Source of the DNA: Octopus sinensis
Taxonomy: Eukaryota
DNA length: 44,027 nucleotides
Reading direction: 5' to 3'
Assembly: GCF_006345805.1 (NCBI RefSeq)
Contig: NW_021834943.1
Coordinates: 1 to 44,027, forward strand
Part shown: positions 24,345-36,849 of the stretch, in pieces
Position numbering within the stretch: position 1 is the first letter of the stretch
How the letters are laid out: each line of letters begins with the position of its first letter
Made by a program: the position numbers and the translations under genes
Notes under the pieces: model-generated
Seen by the model: the letters and a program-made list of their open reading frames with translations, nothing else
What the model was told of the DNA's origin: nothing
Databases searched by the model: none

Positions 24345-24650
24345 AACCCTTTCGTTACCAAACCGCCCGAATTTAAATGAGAATATCAGAGTAAATCTCT
24401 TTAGTACATTCGTGAAAACACGTATTATACTTCGTAAACACTTCAAATACAGTTTTGTACAAAAATCGAAGTGTAATTTTAATTCCGTGAATTATGGGAG
24501 ATTTTTTTCCGAAATTTGTTCCTATTGTGTTTTCAAAATTTGTAATTCTGACAAAAAATGGATACGAATTTCATTATATCAAGCAGTGAGTCAGAATTCG
24601 AAGGATTTTCTACTGAAGACCTTCATAAATCTAACTCTATGACTGAAAAA
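24345..24650 (+). mobile_element. Possible piggyBac-like transposon left-end remnant
   Basis: AACCCTTTCGTTACC-type terminus followed by acidic SSSESEFEGFSTED, reminiscent of piggyBac N-termini. Confidence 0.3.
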
Positions 24651-24658
24651 AAAAAGCA

Positions 24659-25053
24659 TCTTTATATAAGAGTGAAGTTGTGTGTCTGTCCCCTTCGATT
24701 TACATTCGTAATTACTCCCACATTTTGCGGTGCAGTTTAACCAAAAGCGGGTATCTTATAGTCGTGATTCATATCGAGCCCTTCTGGGTATTAGCGCGCG
24801 TCTACGATGAGTCTACGATTTAAAAAAAATTTACCATCATATTTTTCCATTTTAATGCATTTTTTTCGCTTTTATATAAGGGAAGTAACTCTCTAAAAAT
24901 ATCTACGATGTGTTAACGATTTAAAAAAAATTTACCTTAATTTTTTTTCAATTTTTAATGCATTTTTTTTGCTATTTTTTGGCTATAACTCTCTAAAAAT
25001 GCTTATATAGTTATTTCCCTTACAACCCGAGCAACGCCGGGCGATACTGCTAG
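24659..25053 (+). mobile_element. Complete non-autonomous Helitron, 395 bp
   Basis: A|TC 5' end; CCCGAGCAACGCCGGG hairpin (25026-25041); CTAG|T 3' end; inserted between A and T; internal ~100-bp duplication. Confidence 0.85.
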
Positions 25054-25071
25054 TATATATATATATGCAGA

Positions 25072-25105
<34 letters not shown>

Positions 25106-25117
25106 TGTATATTTATA

Positions 25118-25375
25118 TATTATGGAGATGTACTTGCATAGTGCGTAACCTGTCTGAGATTATGTGCTGAAATATAAAAAATTGCAGTGTGGATGGTATT
25201 TACACCATCCACACTGCAATTCTATTTAAAACACACAAAAACCATTAGATTCACTTCAAAATCTAAATTTAATTTGCCAAAATATTTTCATTGATCTGTG
25301 ACCGCGACCTATTCACTGACAAAATTCTATGCTGCATCTGAGAAAGTAACAGTTAGTTCATGATATATATGTACC
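25118..25375 (-). mobile_element. HHR-bearing short repeat (same family as 26385-27187), decayed copy
   Basis: Reverse complement of 26925-27085; decayed HHR at 25274-25322. Confidence 0.7.
25274..25322 (-). ncRNA. Decayed hammerhead motif of the G3-C8 family
   Basis: Minus strand: TTGTCA GTGAATA G GTCGC GGTCACAGA TCAAT GAAA ATAT TT TGGCAA. C8 is changed to U and stem II is broken. Confidence 0.5.
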
Positions 25376-25431
25376 GATGTATGTGTACATGTGTATGCAT
25401 GTGTTCATGACATGTTTTTGTGTGTGTACAA

Positions 25432-25650
25432 TGGTGAGACTTCTAGGAGCTTCAATGATAGGTTCAAAGAACACGTGGACAACTACATTGAAAAGAAGCC
25501 AAACTCCATCTTCTATCAGCATGCTGTAGACTGCTAGAAGGGCTCCTTAGGGAGACTTAAGTTAAACTTTTTACCTACACATCCCACTGAAGCTGTCTGT
25601 ATACAAGAATACAAACCCTCTCTCAACCGTAAATCCAAATGGGGTAACAC
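25432..25650 (+). pseudogene. Penelope GIY-YIG endonuclease C-terminal remnant
   Basis: GETSRSFNDRFKEH...SIFYQH...EAVCIQEYKPSLN, with a stop and a frameshift. Confidence 0.65.
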
Positions 25651-26454
25651 CCAGGTTCCACTTGGGAATACCTCTCCAGAACCACCGCTTTCTCTCATTT
25701 ACATGTAGAAATCCATACATACATGTTGTGATGCATGATACTGAAATACATATATGTAGTTATATATAACCATATGAGCGTACATATTGATACGTACGTA
25801 CTTGTGTAGATGTACGTGTATGTACATGTTGTGTGTGGTGTATGTGAGTGTATAAGTGTGTACATGCATGCACGTAAGAGCATGTTTGTGGATAAAAAAA
25901 AGCAAATTTAAATTTTAACCATTATCCACGAAAATAGTGTCATATATATATATATATGTATAGATGGATAAGCGTATGTGTGTATACTTTAAGATTATAT
26001 GTATATTTGTGAGTGTGTGTAAGTGTCTATATGACTGTGTGTACTTGTATATATGTATAAGTAAGGTTATATTTGCATATGTGTATCTAAGATGTATCCA
26101 TTCACCGTTAGATGGTGGTGAGAGGGACAAACGCACACACACGTGTGTGTCTATATATACATGTATATATGTGTGTGTGCATACAACCTTCAACAAAGTA
26201 AGTCACGTACACAACTTGAACAGACAAATATCAGTACATAAACATACGGTCACATGTACATACACATGTACACATACAGACTCATCTACACACTTAAATA
26301 GTCACAAACATACATAAGTAAATACACACTTACATGAGTGCACATATGCACATATGCATACGTACATATGCATATGAGTACATTTAAATGTTGATGTGAA
26401 TCTAACGGTTTTTGTGTGTTTTAAATAGCTTATAAACACCTTCCATACTGCAAT

Positions 26455-26489
<35 letters not shown>

Positions 26490-26493
<4 letters not shown>

Positions 26494-26687
26494 ATCCAAA
26501 CATGAAAACACAACACGAGGACGTGGAACAAATATAGTATTGTTGGACGCTCAGGAAGGAAGCGAAGAAGGAGGGTTTAACATTTGGAGCGGAGCTCTTC
26601 GTCGGAAACATAGGAGAAGGAAAGATCCAGAGAAGGGAAGACAGAGGGAAAAAAATCGCCAACGGTACACACACGATATATGTAAAT

Positions 26688-26690
<3 letters not shown>
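26490..26690 (-). mobile_element. pLTR-like short repeat with a decayed hammerhead motif (26575-26609)
   Basis: Minus strand: GTTT CCGACGA A GAGC TCC GCTC CAAA TG TT AAAC; inserted in (TA)n. Confidence 0.55.
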
Positions 26691-26733
<43 letters not shown>

Positions 26734-26738
26734 AATTG

Positions 26739-26802
<64 letters not shown>

Positions 26803-26969
26803 TAAATTAAGAGATGGAGTCAAATGCAGGTGTTATTCAAATCTTCATACTTCCAACATATGTATGTATGTATGTATGTATGTACGTACTTACGCACGTA
26901 CATACATACATACATACGTACATATGTATCATGAACTAACTGTTACTTTCTCAGATGCAGCATGGAATC

Positions 26970-27018
26970 TTGTCAGTGAACAGGTCGCGGTCTCAAAGCG
27001 ATGAAAATATTTTGACAA
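26970..27018 (+). ncRNA. Minimal type I hammerhead ribozyme, G3-C8 variant
   Basis: TTGTCA GTGAACA G GTCGC GGTCTCAAA GCGAT GAAA ATAT TT TGACAA: 6-bp stem I, 5-bp stem II, palindromic stem III AATATT, UUU triplet ending at 27012. Confidence 0.7.
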
Positions 27019-27080
27019 ATTAAATTTAAATGGTTTTTGTGTTTTAAATAGCTTATAAACACCTTCCACACTGCAATTGT

Positions 27081-27123
<43 letters not shown>

Positions 27124-27249
27124 TAGATAAATTAAGAGATGGAGTCAAATGCAGGTGTTATTTAAATCTTCATACTTCCGACATATGTTTAGAACAAATA
27201 GGTTGTAAGGTTGGCTATTAAAAATATTTGGTTTGTGGTCTTTTAAAAT

Positions 27250-28230
27250 AAAACGCAGTTGTTTGGAATCACCAAAGAAATTCACAACATTGATGGGATA
27301 CTGGTTCAATCTGATAAAACAGGAAACATATACAGACTTACCAAGGATTACTATCTAGAATTGCTTAGGAAGGAAATACAAAAGAATTACAGAATAACTG
27401 GTAAAAATGCTATCAGGAAAGCCAGCCTTGAGGCTAAGAAAAGTATGGAGAAATATGACTTACAGATGAAGACTGAACCTCTTGATCTCAGACAACCTTG
27501 TTCTATTTTAAAAACCCACAAACCAAATTTTTTTAATAGTCCAAATTTACAACTTATTTATCCTTCTAGCTCTGATATCAGTGTACTTAGCAAACATATT
27601 CTAGAATTATATATTCCTTCTTTACTTAAAAAAGTTTAAACCTAATTTATCATCTTATTCATTCCAAGTGGTCAACTGGTTTAATTCTATTAATAACAAG
27701 AAGTGCACTAAGTTTATCCAATTCGACATTTCTGGTTAGTATTCCTCTATTAACCCAATTGTACTCAACAAAGTACTAGTTTGCACACAACAAAGCAGAT
27801 CTCACCTGGAATGAAATTAATGTAGTGTTAACTGCCAGAATATCAATCATTAAATTTGAAAATAAGCTGTGGGTCCGTAAAGATATGCTTGACAGTTTTG
27901 ATGTCACAATGGGAAGTTCTGAGTCAGCACAACTGGCTGATTTGGTCAGTATATATATCCTTTATGAGATGGCTGACTAATTCCCAAACATCAAAGGAGG
28001 TTTAAATCATGATGAGCAGTAGTCCAGGCAGCTGAGAACATATATAAAAATTTATATCAATGTTTCACAAAAATCTTCAGAAGCTCATAGATACTCTGAA
28101 GATCAGAGATATCCACCCAAACCCCATCATGAAACCAGATCAAAGGAGATTTATGGAGTAGTTTGATTACATACAAAAACATATCAGCAACGATAACCCT
28201 CATCATTATTCTTGAGTCTAAGTGTTTAAG
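27250..28230 (+). pseudogene. Degenerate Penelope-like reverse transcriptase (second PLE lineage)
   Basis: SDKTGNIYRL; LKTHKPNFFNSPNLQLIYPSSSDISVLSKHIL; VNWFNSI..FIQFDI; FDVTMGSSESAQLADLVSIYIL. Multiple stops. Confidence 0.8.
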
Positions 28231-28289
28231 CATATTTTTACAACCTTGTAGAATAATATTACTTTCTATCCAGTGTAGCGAAGAAACTT

Positions 28290-29375
28290 AAAATCAACTA
28301 TAAGACTGCTACTTGTCATATGGAGATAGGAGGTGGGGTATACGACTCAACATAAGCTGTCACCATATTTAGATAAGGAGATACACTGAAGAAAGAAGTG
28401 CTTGGAATCTTGGTCAGTTGATGACAACAGATTCTTCAATGGCTCTGGAGGTTGGGTGACTGCAAGGACTTGAACCTTTCCACCAGTGCAGCACAGTGTA
28501 GCTGTCTCTCCAGACCACTTCGTTGCTTTACAATGTATGCACTCAGTTGTCATTGTACCAATGGAAACTCTAGTGTCATTTGCATAAGAAATTGCTGGAT
28601 CATAACTGAAAGCTGCTTCATAGAAGTCGCTTCTCTGAGCTGATCCTATTCCTTGTCAGCTGTGCATAACTCTGTTCAACACTTTGAGATACTCTGGTTT
28701 TTGTTCGTTTCTTGGTATAATTCCCTTTCTGCAGCTGTCTCTCTTTCCCTGGACAGAGACATACTTTTGGCTGACCTTGACATTGTAGACAAATTCGACA
28801 CTTTCCTTCTAGGCATAGTTATATATGTATACAGAAATACACGGGTGCAGAAGATAGTAAACAATGAAAATAACTTGGTAATGGAAATTATATTTCTTAA
28901 TACGACGGGCAGAAAGTAAATAAGAAATTTTTAAATTGTATGGGTTGAAGCAAAATTTGTCAGTGAACCACAGAGCCAGTATTGAAGAAACCAGAATAAA
29001 GCTATTAACAACAGAAAAACACAAAACATTGCAAAAGTAAATTAGAAATTTGTTGGCAAATTTAACAAAGTGTACACATTGAAGTGAAACTTATGAAGTT
29101 ACTTATGTCAGTAAATTATGTATGAAATAACTTTCATCAGTAATTGAGAACTTTCTGTCAGTAATTTGTCATTGTTGTTTGTAAATAGCAAGTGAAAACA
29201 ATAGCATCTGAAAAATGAAAGTGAAAACAATAGAGAGCGAGTAAGCTATATATACTGAACTCTACAGAAGTTCCCGACGCTAAAAGTCATATTTACATAC
29301 CGAAATCTACCGGTAAATAATTGTTGGTTGTCTGAAAAACCATCGAAAAAATTATTTACCCTTTTATTATATTAT
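28290..29375 (-). mobile_element. Helitron remnant: 5' end and N-terminus of Rep/helicase ORF
   Basis: MPRRKVSNL..RERETAAER (ATG at 28816), then CIHCKATKWSGETATLCCTGGKV..PPEPLKNLL..SKHF, a typical Helitron N-terminal Zn motif. ATAATAAAAGGG-type 5' end near 29375. Confidence 0.78.
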
Positions 29376-29381
29376 ATATAT

Positions 29382-29454
<73 letters not shown>

Positions 29455-29689
29455 TTGTTAGAAAAATAAGATAGATAGACAGACAGACAGATATAGAGAT
29501 ATAGCTAGAAAGATTTAGATGTCACTGATGCTAGAAAACCAGAAGTAAATATTTTAAAAAACTTTTGAAGCCATGAATCTAATATAAAAAGCAATTTAAA
29601 AAATTTTTTTATAACCAACGGATGTATGGAAGACAATCAATTTCTGTAAGTTACTTCACAAAGAGTGACCTCCTTTCACTACATAACCC

Positions 29690-31075
29690 AGGAATGTGTG
29701 TTTTCTGCCCCCCTGGGCCCCGTTGCTCTGAATTACATGACCAACCCAGCAGAGAAGATGAAGGATGCAGGCCTCAATGCTGTATATCCCAGCCCTCAAG
29801 AAGATTTCGGTACGAGGCACCATAATCCTTCCATGTGAGACTAAGGATACTTTGGAGTGATCTGATATGTAACACTTCCAGTTGTGTGATCTGGTACTGA
29901 TAAAGGGTCCAGCATTCAGACTTATACAGGAGGGTGGATGCACAAACAGCTTGATAAACAAAGACCTGCTCTGAGATGTTTTTCAGTTGGTTGAGAATGA
30001 TTTTCACTAGCACCTTGCCAGCAATGGCCAACAGAGAAATGCTGTGGTGGTTTTCACATTCTGCTGGATACCCCTATCTTTTGAAAATGGTGTCTATCAG
30101 GTTGTCCTTGAAGCCCAGGAGTACACTCTCATTAGAAAGACAAGTGTTGTACAGTCTCAACTCTTTTTTTTTTGCCCACCATATTTGAGCACTTTTGAGG
30201 GAGTGCCATCTAGATCTGATGCTTTGTGACTTGTCGTGGCCTTCAAAGCTTTCTCCACTCCTATAAGGTGATCTCATGACAGAAGTCATCTCATCTCTGG
30301 TGCTTCTCTAGCCATTTGCAGATGTCTGGTTGGACAGATCCTTACGAACTGAGCAGGTTACAGAAATGTTCCTTCCTCCTAGCTCTGATTTTTTTTAGGT
30401 TACTGTGCAGTTTGCTCCCATTTGCTGACATGACTGGTGCTACTGTGTTGCTCTTGGGGCCATAGATGGCTTTCAGTCCTATAAACAGTCCATGGTTGTT
30501 ATGTTTGTTGACCATGCTCTGCGAAGCTTCTGCCTGCTTAAACCACCAGTTGTTCTTCAACAATCCCACTTCTCTCTGCACTTTGGACTTGATTTCAGCA
30601 AAAGTAACCCTGCCCGTCTCCAAATTCTCCTGTAGATATCTCTGGTGTAGGCACTGATTTTTGTCTAGCAGCTTCTGAATTTCCTCTCCATGCTTCCAGA
30701 ACCAATTGGGGTTTTATGCTGAGAGGGCCCTAGGGTCTCTTTAGTAGCAGAGAAGACTGCCTTCTTTAATGTCTGCCAATGCTCCACAATGCAATCAAGT
30801 CCATCTGAGCTGATGGCTATAACAGCAGTAGTCAGTCTCTGGCATTGTTCTGTATTTGCTAGCTTGCTGATGTAAAACTTCTCTGACTTTTTGCAGGTTA
30901 GAGACTTTCTCTGGGGCAGAGTGACCCTGAGTTTGATCTGACTCCTTATGGGGTAGTGGTCAGCCGAGCATTCTACTCCAAGCATGGCCTTTGTGCACAG
31001 GATCTCCTGCAATCCAGTCTTCCAGGTAATGACATAGTCCAGGAGATGGTAGTGTCCAGACCGAAGGTGTTTCCA
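29690..31075 (-). mobile_element. Old RTE (BovB-like) LINE remnant with the RT core deleted
   Basis: TKAMLGVECSADH (APE end); KNNWW..KAIYGP; AIAGKVLVKII..EQV joined directly to YQAVCASTLLYKSECW. Confidence 0.8.
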
Positions 31076-31166
31076 TGTAAATTATTCTTGTTGGGCTGAT
31101 CAAAAAACATATCTATGCATATAAACATATATACATACATAAATATATAAACATACATACATACAT

Positions 31167-31318
31167 CTTTCAGTTTCTGTCTACCAAATACACCCACAAG
31201 ACCTGTTGATCTGGAGAGATAGTAAAAGACACTTACCCCAAGGTGCAATATAGAGGGATTGAACATGAAATCATATTGTTGGGAAGCAAAATTCCTAACC
31301 ACACAGCCTTGCCTACAC
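31167..31318 (-). mobile_element. tRNA-derived SINE (cephalopod-type)
   Basis: Minus strand: GGCTGTGTGGTTAG (A box), GTTCAATCCC (B box), CACCTTGGGGTAAGTGTC..GTAGACAGAAACTGAAAG. Confidence 0.7.
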
Positions 31319-31687
31319 TGATAGCCACACATACACTTATGTGTGTGTGGTGTGTGTGTGTGTGGTGTGTGTGTGTGTGTGTGTGTGTGTGTGCATGCAT
31401 GTGTGTGTGTGTGTGTACATATGTGTGTGTATACATATATATTATAGAGACAGAAAGAGAGAGAAAAATGTATGCATTAGATGTATATGTATAGATATAT
31501 ATGTAAATGTACACATATATAGATGCATGTGTATACATGTATAGCTATATATGTAAATGTACATATATAGTCTTCTATATATATATATAAAAGTATAGTC
31601 TTCTACCTGGCCAGCTCATGTCAAACAGTCCAACTCATGCCAGGATTTAACATTAAATGATATATATATATATACATGCACATATAT

Positions 31688-31721
<34 letters not shown>

Positions 31722-34678
31722 TATAGAGACAAAGAGAGAGAAATGTATGCATTAGATGTATATGTACATACACACATTTTTCAGCAATGTAACTCCATGT
31801 GTGTTGTTGGCAATTTCTTTTCCTTCTTTGGACTGTTCCCTTTTTCTTTCCAATGAAGAACTATGCTCGAAACAAATTTCTCCTTTCACCAAGCATCAAG
31901 CTAATACATTTCTTATGCACGTCATCATGTTGTGCATTTCTATTTGTTTATTTCAATTGTTTGTTCATTTGAACCAACTGTATGTATATATGTGTGTTTG
32001 AGATTCAGAAATTCATTTCATTGCCTTAATGCTTAGCATCTTGGGTAAGTATCTTTGACATAGGTTTTGATCAACCCATGTAGTGTGAATGATTTTGGGC
32101 AGATGCAAACTCTGTAGATGCCACCACCTTTTTCATACTGTGTCACACAGATTCTACTCTGGAATTATATGAAAAGTGCATGTGTATGCAGGAAACACAG
32201 CCATTTTGTATAGTAATTCATTCATTTTGATCATCCAGCTGAGCAAACAACAAGATTCTGTTAGAGTGAAATTAAAAAGTGTCTGTTATATGCCTACAAA
32301 GATACATATATATTTCTTTTTGTGTATAGTTATAATAAATGTCAAATGTCAGCTGAAGTATCATTTAATACATTCAAGTCACGTATCAGATTTATTATTA
32401 CAAGGAAAAGTTTCTCTGATCTGTTGGCTTCCCAATGCTACACACACACACACCCTGATACATGCATGCACATTCACATGTATGCATAAGAAAAGTTTGC
32501 AAACTGTGCTGAATACCCACTCCAACTCAGGTAAAAATTAAATCAATGCAAAATGATTGTACATAAACAACTGAAATTGAAGAAATATTAAGAAACAAGG
32601 AAAATGGTTAAAATGCAATTTTGTTTCTATTTCATGAAAAAAAGAACTGATTGGTACACAAAACACACACGAACACATACACACACATCTGAAGCTTATA
32701 AAACTATGTTACTATGCCAAACAGGTACCATAAATACAATGTTTATTCAGTTTCATACTTATAAATTCAATTTTAAGAATTAAACTATTTTAATGATATC
32801 AATGAAATGACAGCAATATAAATATTATTTGTTAATTTAAGAATTTAGTCAGAATATACATGAATATCAAAGAATAAGAAAAATCTTATTATTAATACAG
32901 AATTAGATTTTATGAATCACATAAATCTTACATAAATGTTTAAATTAGCCAATTATATATAAACAAACATCATTAACAGCTACTTTTTAAGCTTATATTT
33001 TCATTTTCTCAGTTACAAGACATAAATTTTAAAATTGTGCAAATTGAAGATAATAAATATTGCCCTGTATCAGATAAGAAAATTTCTTAATGTAATGTAA
33101 AACTTGGGGAAAATTAGTGCTGCACATTGACAGTAATCAACAGAAGTATGTGTGTAAGTGTGTGTGTAGCGGGCATGTGTGTTCAGATATCATCCATTAT
33201 TAATATATTATACCAAAATTATTCAGATTTCAACTTGTGTTTATACATCAGTTTATACATATGAACATAAATGTAATACCATTTACAACTTATAAAGAAA
33301 GGAAACACATTTTGTGCTTAAAAATGTAAATGATAAAAAGATTAGAAGATAAAGCCATAATAATTTAAATTCAAAACACTAACCTAGACTTTGATTTTTT
33401 CCCAAATAACCTTGATAGCATCTTCAGAGATTAACTCGCCATCCATTTCAGTTGTAAAATGAAGAGATACATCTCCATTTTGAAAGTATTTCTACATTTG
33501 TTCTCTATGTTCCTTTTTCCTTTCTTTTTTTTTTAGTTATCAAATATGTTTTAATGTAAATCATGAAATTCAATAAAATCTTCACATTTTATATGATGAC
33601 TGTAACACCAGATTAACTTCCACCAGTTGTAACAAACACTGTTTTGTACATCCTAAATGTAAACTGGAAACAATCACCTTATTGTAGCAAAATTACTTGT
33701 TCACTCATCACAGAAAATAATTCTAAGTAGGTTAGGCAATACATCGTACACTGCATAAATTGTAGGTAAAAAGAAAACATCTAATTTTGAAATATGGTTG
33801 TGTGGGTAGGTACATAGGTGTAGTATAAGTAATATACAAATAATCAATATTGAACAATGCTATTAGATAATGTGTGTGTGTGCATGTGTGTTACATTTTT
33901 AATATACCTTTTATACACAATAATTACCTACAATACATAGATTCACTCACAATAATAACAGGAATGATTATTCCATATTTTTAAGATTACGTAACTCTCC
34001 AGAATAAAATATCAACAACATTTTTCTAGTGTAAACATTGACAGAACATGTTGCAAATGATACTGCAGCTATGTCTGTGGCAGCACCAACTTTACATCTT
34101 CTGTAGCTTATTTCAATCAATAGCTGCTATTACAAGAAACATTATAACACACAGCCACATTGCTGCTTCACATTACTGAATACAGATGCACTACTGCTAG
34201 ATGACTAGACTGAGTAGTATTACAGAATGTAGCATAGCTGATTTCTGTGCATTTAGCTGACAATTTTTACTGTTTTTGTTTTATAAATACTCAAAGAAAA
34301 TTTATATATTTTTAATGATATAGGCATATGAAATTTAAAAAAGCACTTAAAATGGCCAGTATAGAAGTTAAACTTTGAAATAAATTTTGAAACCAAATAA
34401 ATAATTTTTTTAAATGGTTAGTGGAAGCAGTTTTAGATGAATTACAGTTTTGTTTCTTAGTGGATAATGTAATTTATGTACAACCCAATCTAACAAAAAA
34501 TAATAAAGACAATGAAAAGGCATTGAGAAACTACTGTTCTCCTTTACATCACTTCCAGACACAACTATGTATTATTAATTTGTGACACTTGTTGTCAACT
34601 CTTGAATTCATAAATTTGTATACAGTTAAGAAATTTTTATAAATTAAATTCATTCATTATTTTAAAAATATTTAATTA

Positions 34679-35072
34679 CTAGCAGTATCGCCCGGCGTTG
34701 CTCGGGTTTGTAAGGGAAATAACTATATAAGCATTTTTAGAGAGTTATAGCCAAAAATTAGCAAAAACATGCATTAAAAATGGAAAAAAAATTATGGTAA
34801 ATTTTTTTTTTAATCGTTGACTCATCGTAGACATTTTTAGAGAGTTACTTCCCTTATATAATAGCGAAAAAATGCATTAAAATGGAAAAAAATTATGGTA
34901 AATTTTTTTTTACATTGTAGACTCATCGTAGACGTGCGCTAATACCCAGAAGGGCTCGATATGAATCACGACTATAAGATACCCGGTTTTGGTTAAACTG
35001 CACTGCAAAATGTGGGAGTAGTTAGGAATGTAAATCGTAGGAGACAGACACACAACTTGACTTTTATATATT
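34679..35072 (-). mobile_element. Non-autonomous Helitron, second copy of the 24659-25053 family
   Basis: Reverse complement of the 24659 element; CTAG at 34679-34682 with the same hairpin; 5' TC decayed. Confidence 0.85.
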
Positions 35073-36599
35073 TAATTATATGAAGCTAGTTATAACTTCA
35101 TGACAGTGGCTAGTAACATGTATTGCATGAAATAGTTAAAACTAGTAGCTCTAACATTATATGATTTATTTTTCTGGCTTTAATCATGCTGGAGCCCTGC
35201 TATGAAAATGTTCAAATTACAAAAAAAATTTTTCAGGCAGTAAATAGATTAAAAAAATTTTTAAAGCAAAAAGAATCACATCTTTTGGAAACACTTGAAA
35301 AGCAAATTATGAGCTAATCAAAGGAGGTAATAGAAAATATGATATAAGAATTAGAGCTTATTCTTTGAACTTAGGAGTTGCACTATGTAAGTTCAATGTA
35401 TATATCAAGTTACTGGGGTGTAAATAGAAAGAGTACTTATAATTCTTGAATATTCCATCAACTAGCATTGTCAATCTCAAATCCTTCCACAATGTAGCTT
35501 GAAGAGAGCCAAGCTGCATTGTGGAAGGATTTCACAACCTAAAGACAAAGTCTTCATCTGGTGGCCCTATGATTCAATGGTTTGTTTTTCATCTTTTGTA
35601 TTTTAACTTGGAGAGGAGCACCAATTACTTATGAAGGCCTTTCCATGTTGGTGAAATTTATGTGCTTGAATTTCTATAGGTAGGTGTCTGGAAATAAAAT
35701 GTAAATGGAGAGGAGATTCCTGACGTTTGCAGTTTTCAATATTTGGATGAAATATTAAGTGCAGAAGTTGGGAGTTAAGACAGTAGAGATGACACGAAGA
35801 GAAAGGGTTAGTGAATCACATTAGCTTGAATGATGAAGTACAGTTCCTAATTCAGAGGAACAGGAACTGTTATTGGAAATAGAGATATAACATGCTGATA
35901 TGTTGTTGACTTTAACATATTAGTGAGCAAAGGCCAGCAAACCAGTCAGTGTGCCATTTTACTGTTATGTAAGACATCTGTTTGTACAGCAACTGCTCCA
36001 TCCTAAATATGTGAGTGGTACTCTGCTGTTCAAAACTGAAATAGTATTTGTACCTGAAAAGAAAGCATCCTTATGATGCAGTATTGGCAATGTTGTAGTT
36101 ACACTTTCCATATAAGATTATTTATTAGTCATTTGAGACCTAACAACATGATTTTGACCAACAAGGTGGTATATAGAATACATGATGGTATATAGTACAC
36201 ACAATGTAAATCCAAAATTAAACTATGATCAATGATTAAAATTTTTCACTTTTTGTTGTTCTACATATTGTTATTTGCCTAATTTGCTCACATTATACTT
36301 ACCACATAATTAGATATTCACAGTAATTTTCTTTAGATAGAAAATGCTGCATTATCATTAACCAAATCTTCTTTTCAACATCTTTATCAGTTTCAACAGT
36401 TGATTTGCTCAGTTTCTGAAGCTAAATAGAAGAATGAAAGTGGAGGAAATAATTATTTGAAAACTATTTAAAAGAAATATTTCTATAATTTCATTCTAAA
36501 TACTGAATTTTAACTTACAGAAAATACACACGCATTGTTCTTTTTCTATTTTTCCCCCCATGTTTGCATGGGGTGGACAGGCCTTTTTCAGCAAACCAT

Positions 36600-36815
36600 C
36601 CTACTACTTATTAAGGTCCTTTGCCACATTCTTCATGAGGCTCAGCATCCTAAGAACAGCCTTCACCACTTCTTTCTTGATCTTCCTTCCAATTAGACTG
36701 CTTGACACTTCTTCACCCAACTGTCATCCTTCACACACGACATATCTGAACCAGTGTAATCTTTTCTCTTGTACATTACAATCAATTCCTCTTATACCCA
36801 CTTTTTCTCTAAGTT
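36600..36815 (-). mobile_element. Old RTE 3' ORF remnant
   Basis: Minus strand reads LREKVGIRGIDCNVQEKRLHW...KDDSWVKKC, matching the RTE C-terminus. Confidence 0.6.
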
Positions 36816-36849
36816 CATCTCTGCAATATCATTTGTACAAGCTACAGAT

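Larger units (their letters stand above)
26385..27187 (+). mobile_element. Partial tandem array of an HHR-bearing short repeat (G3-C8 family), interrupted by another element at ~26490-26690
   Basis: 62-bp direct repeat 26801-26862 / 27126-27187; 26385-26460 repeats ~27020-27085; HHR at 26970. Confidence 0.7.

Noticed and set aside
28012-28040. Short match to the CR1 LINE (GAGCAGTAGTCCAGGCAGCTGAG) inside the PLE remnant
   Set aside because: Only ~23 nt; cannot distinguish a micro-insertion from chance.
33405-33490. Minus-strand exon-like frame KYFQNGDVSLHFTTEMDGELISEDAIK followed by GT
   Set aside because: No pyrimidine tract at the acceptor, an upstream in-frame stop, and no recognisable homology.
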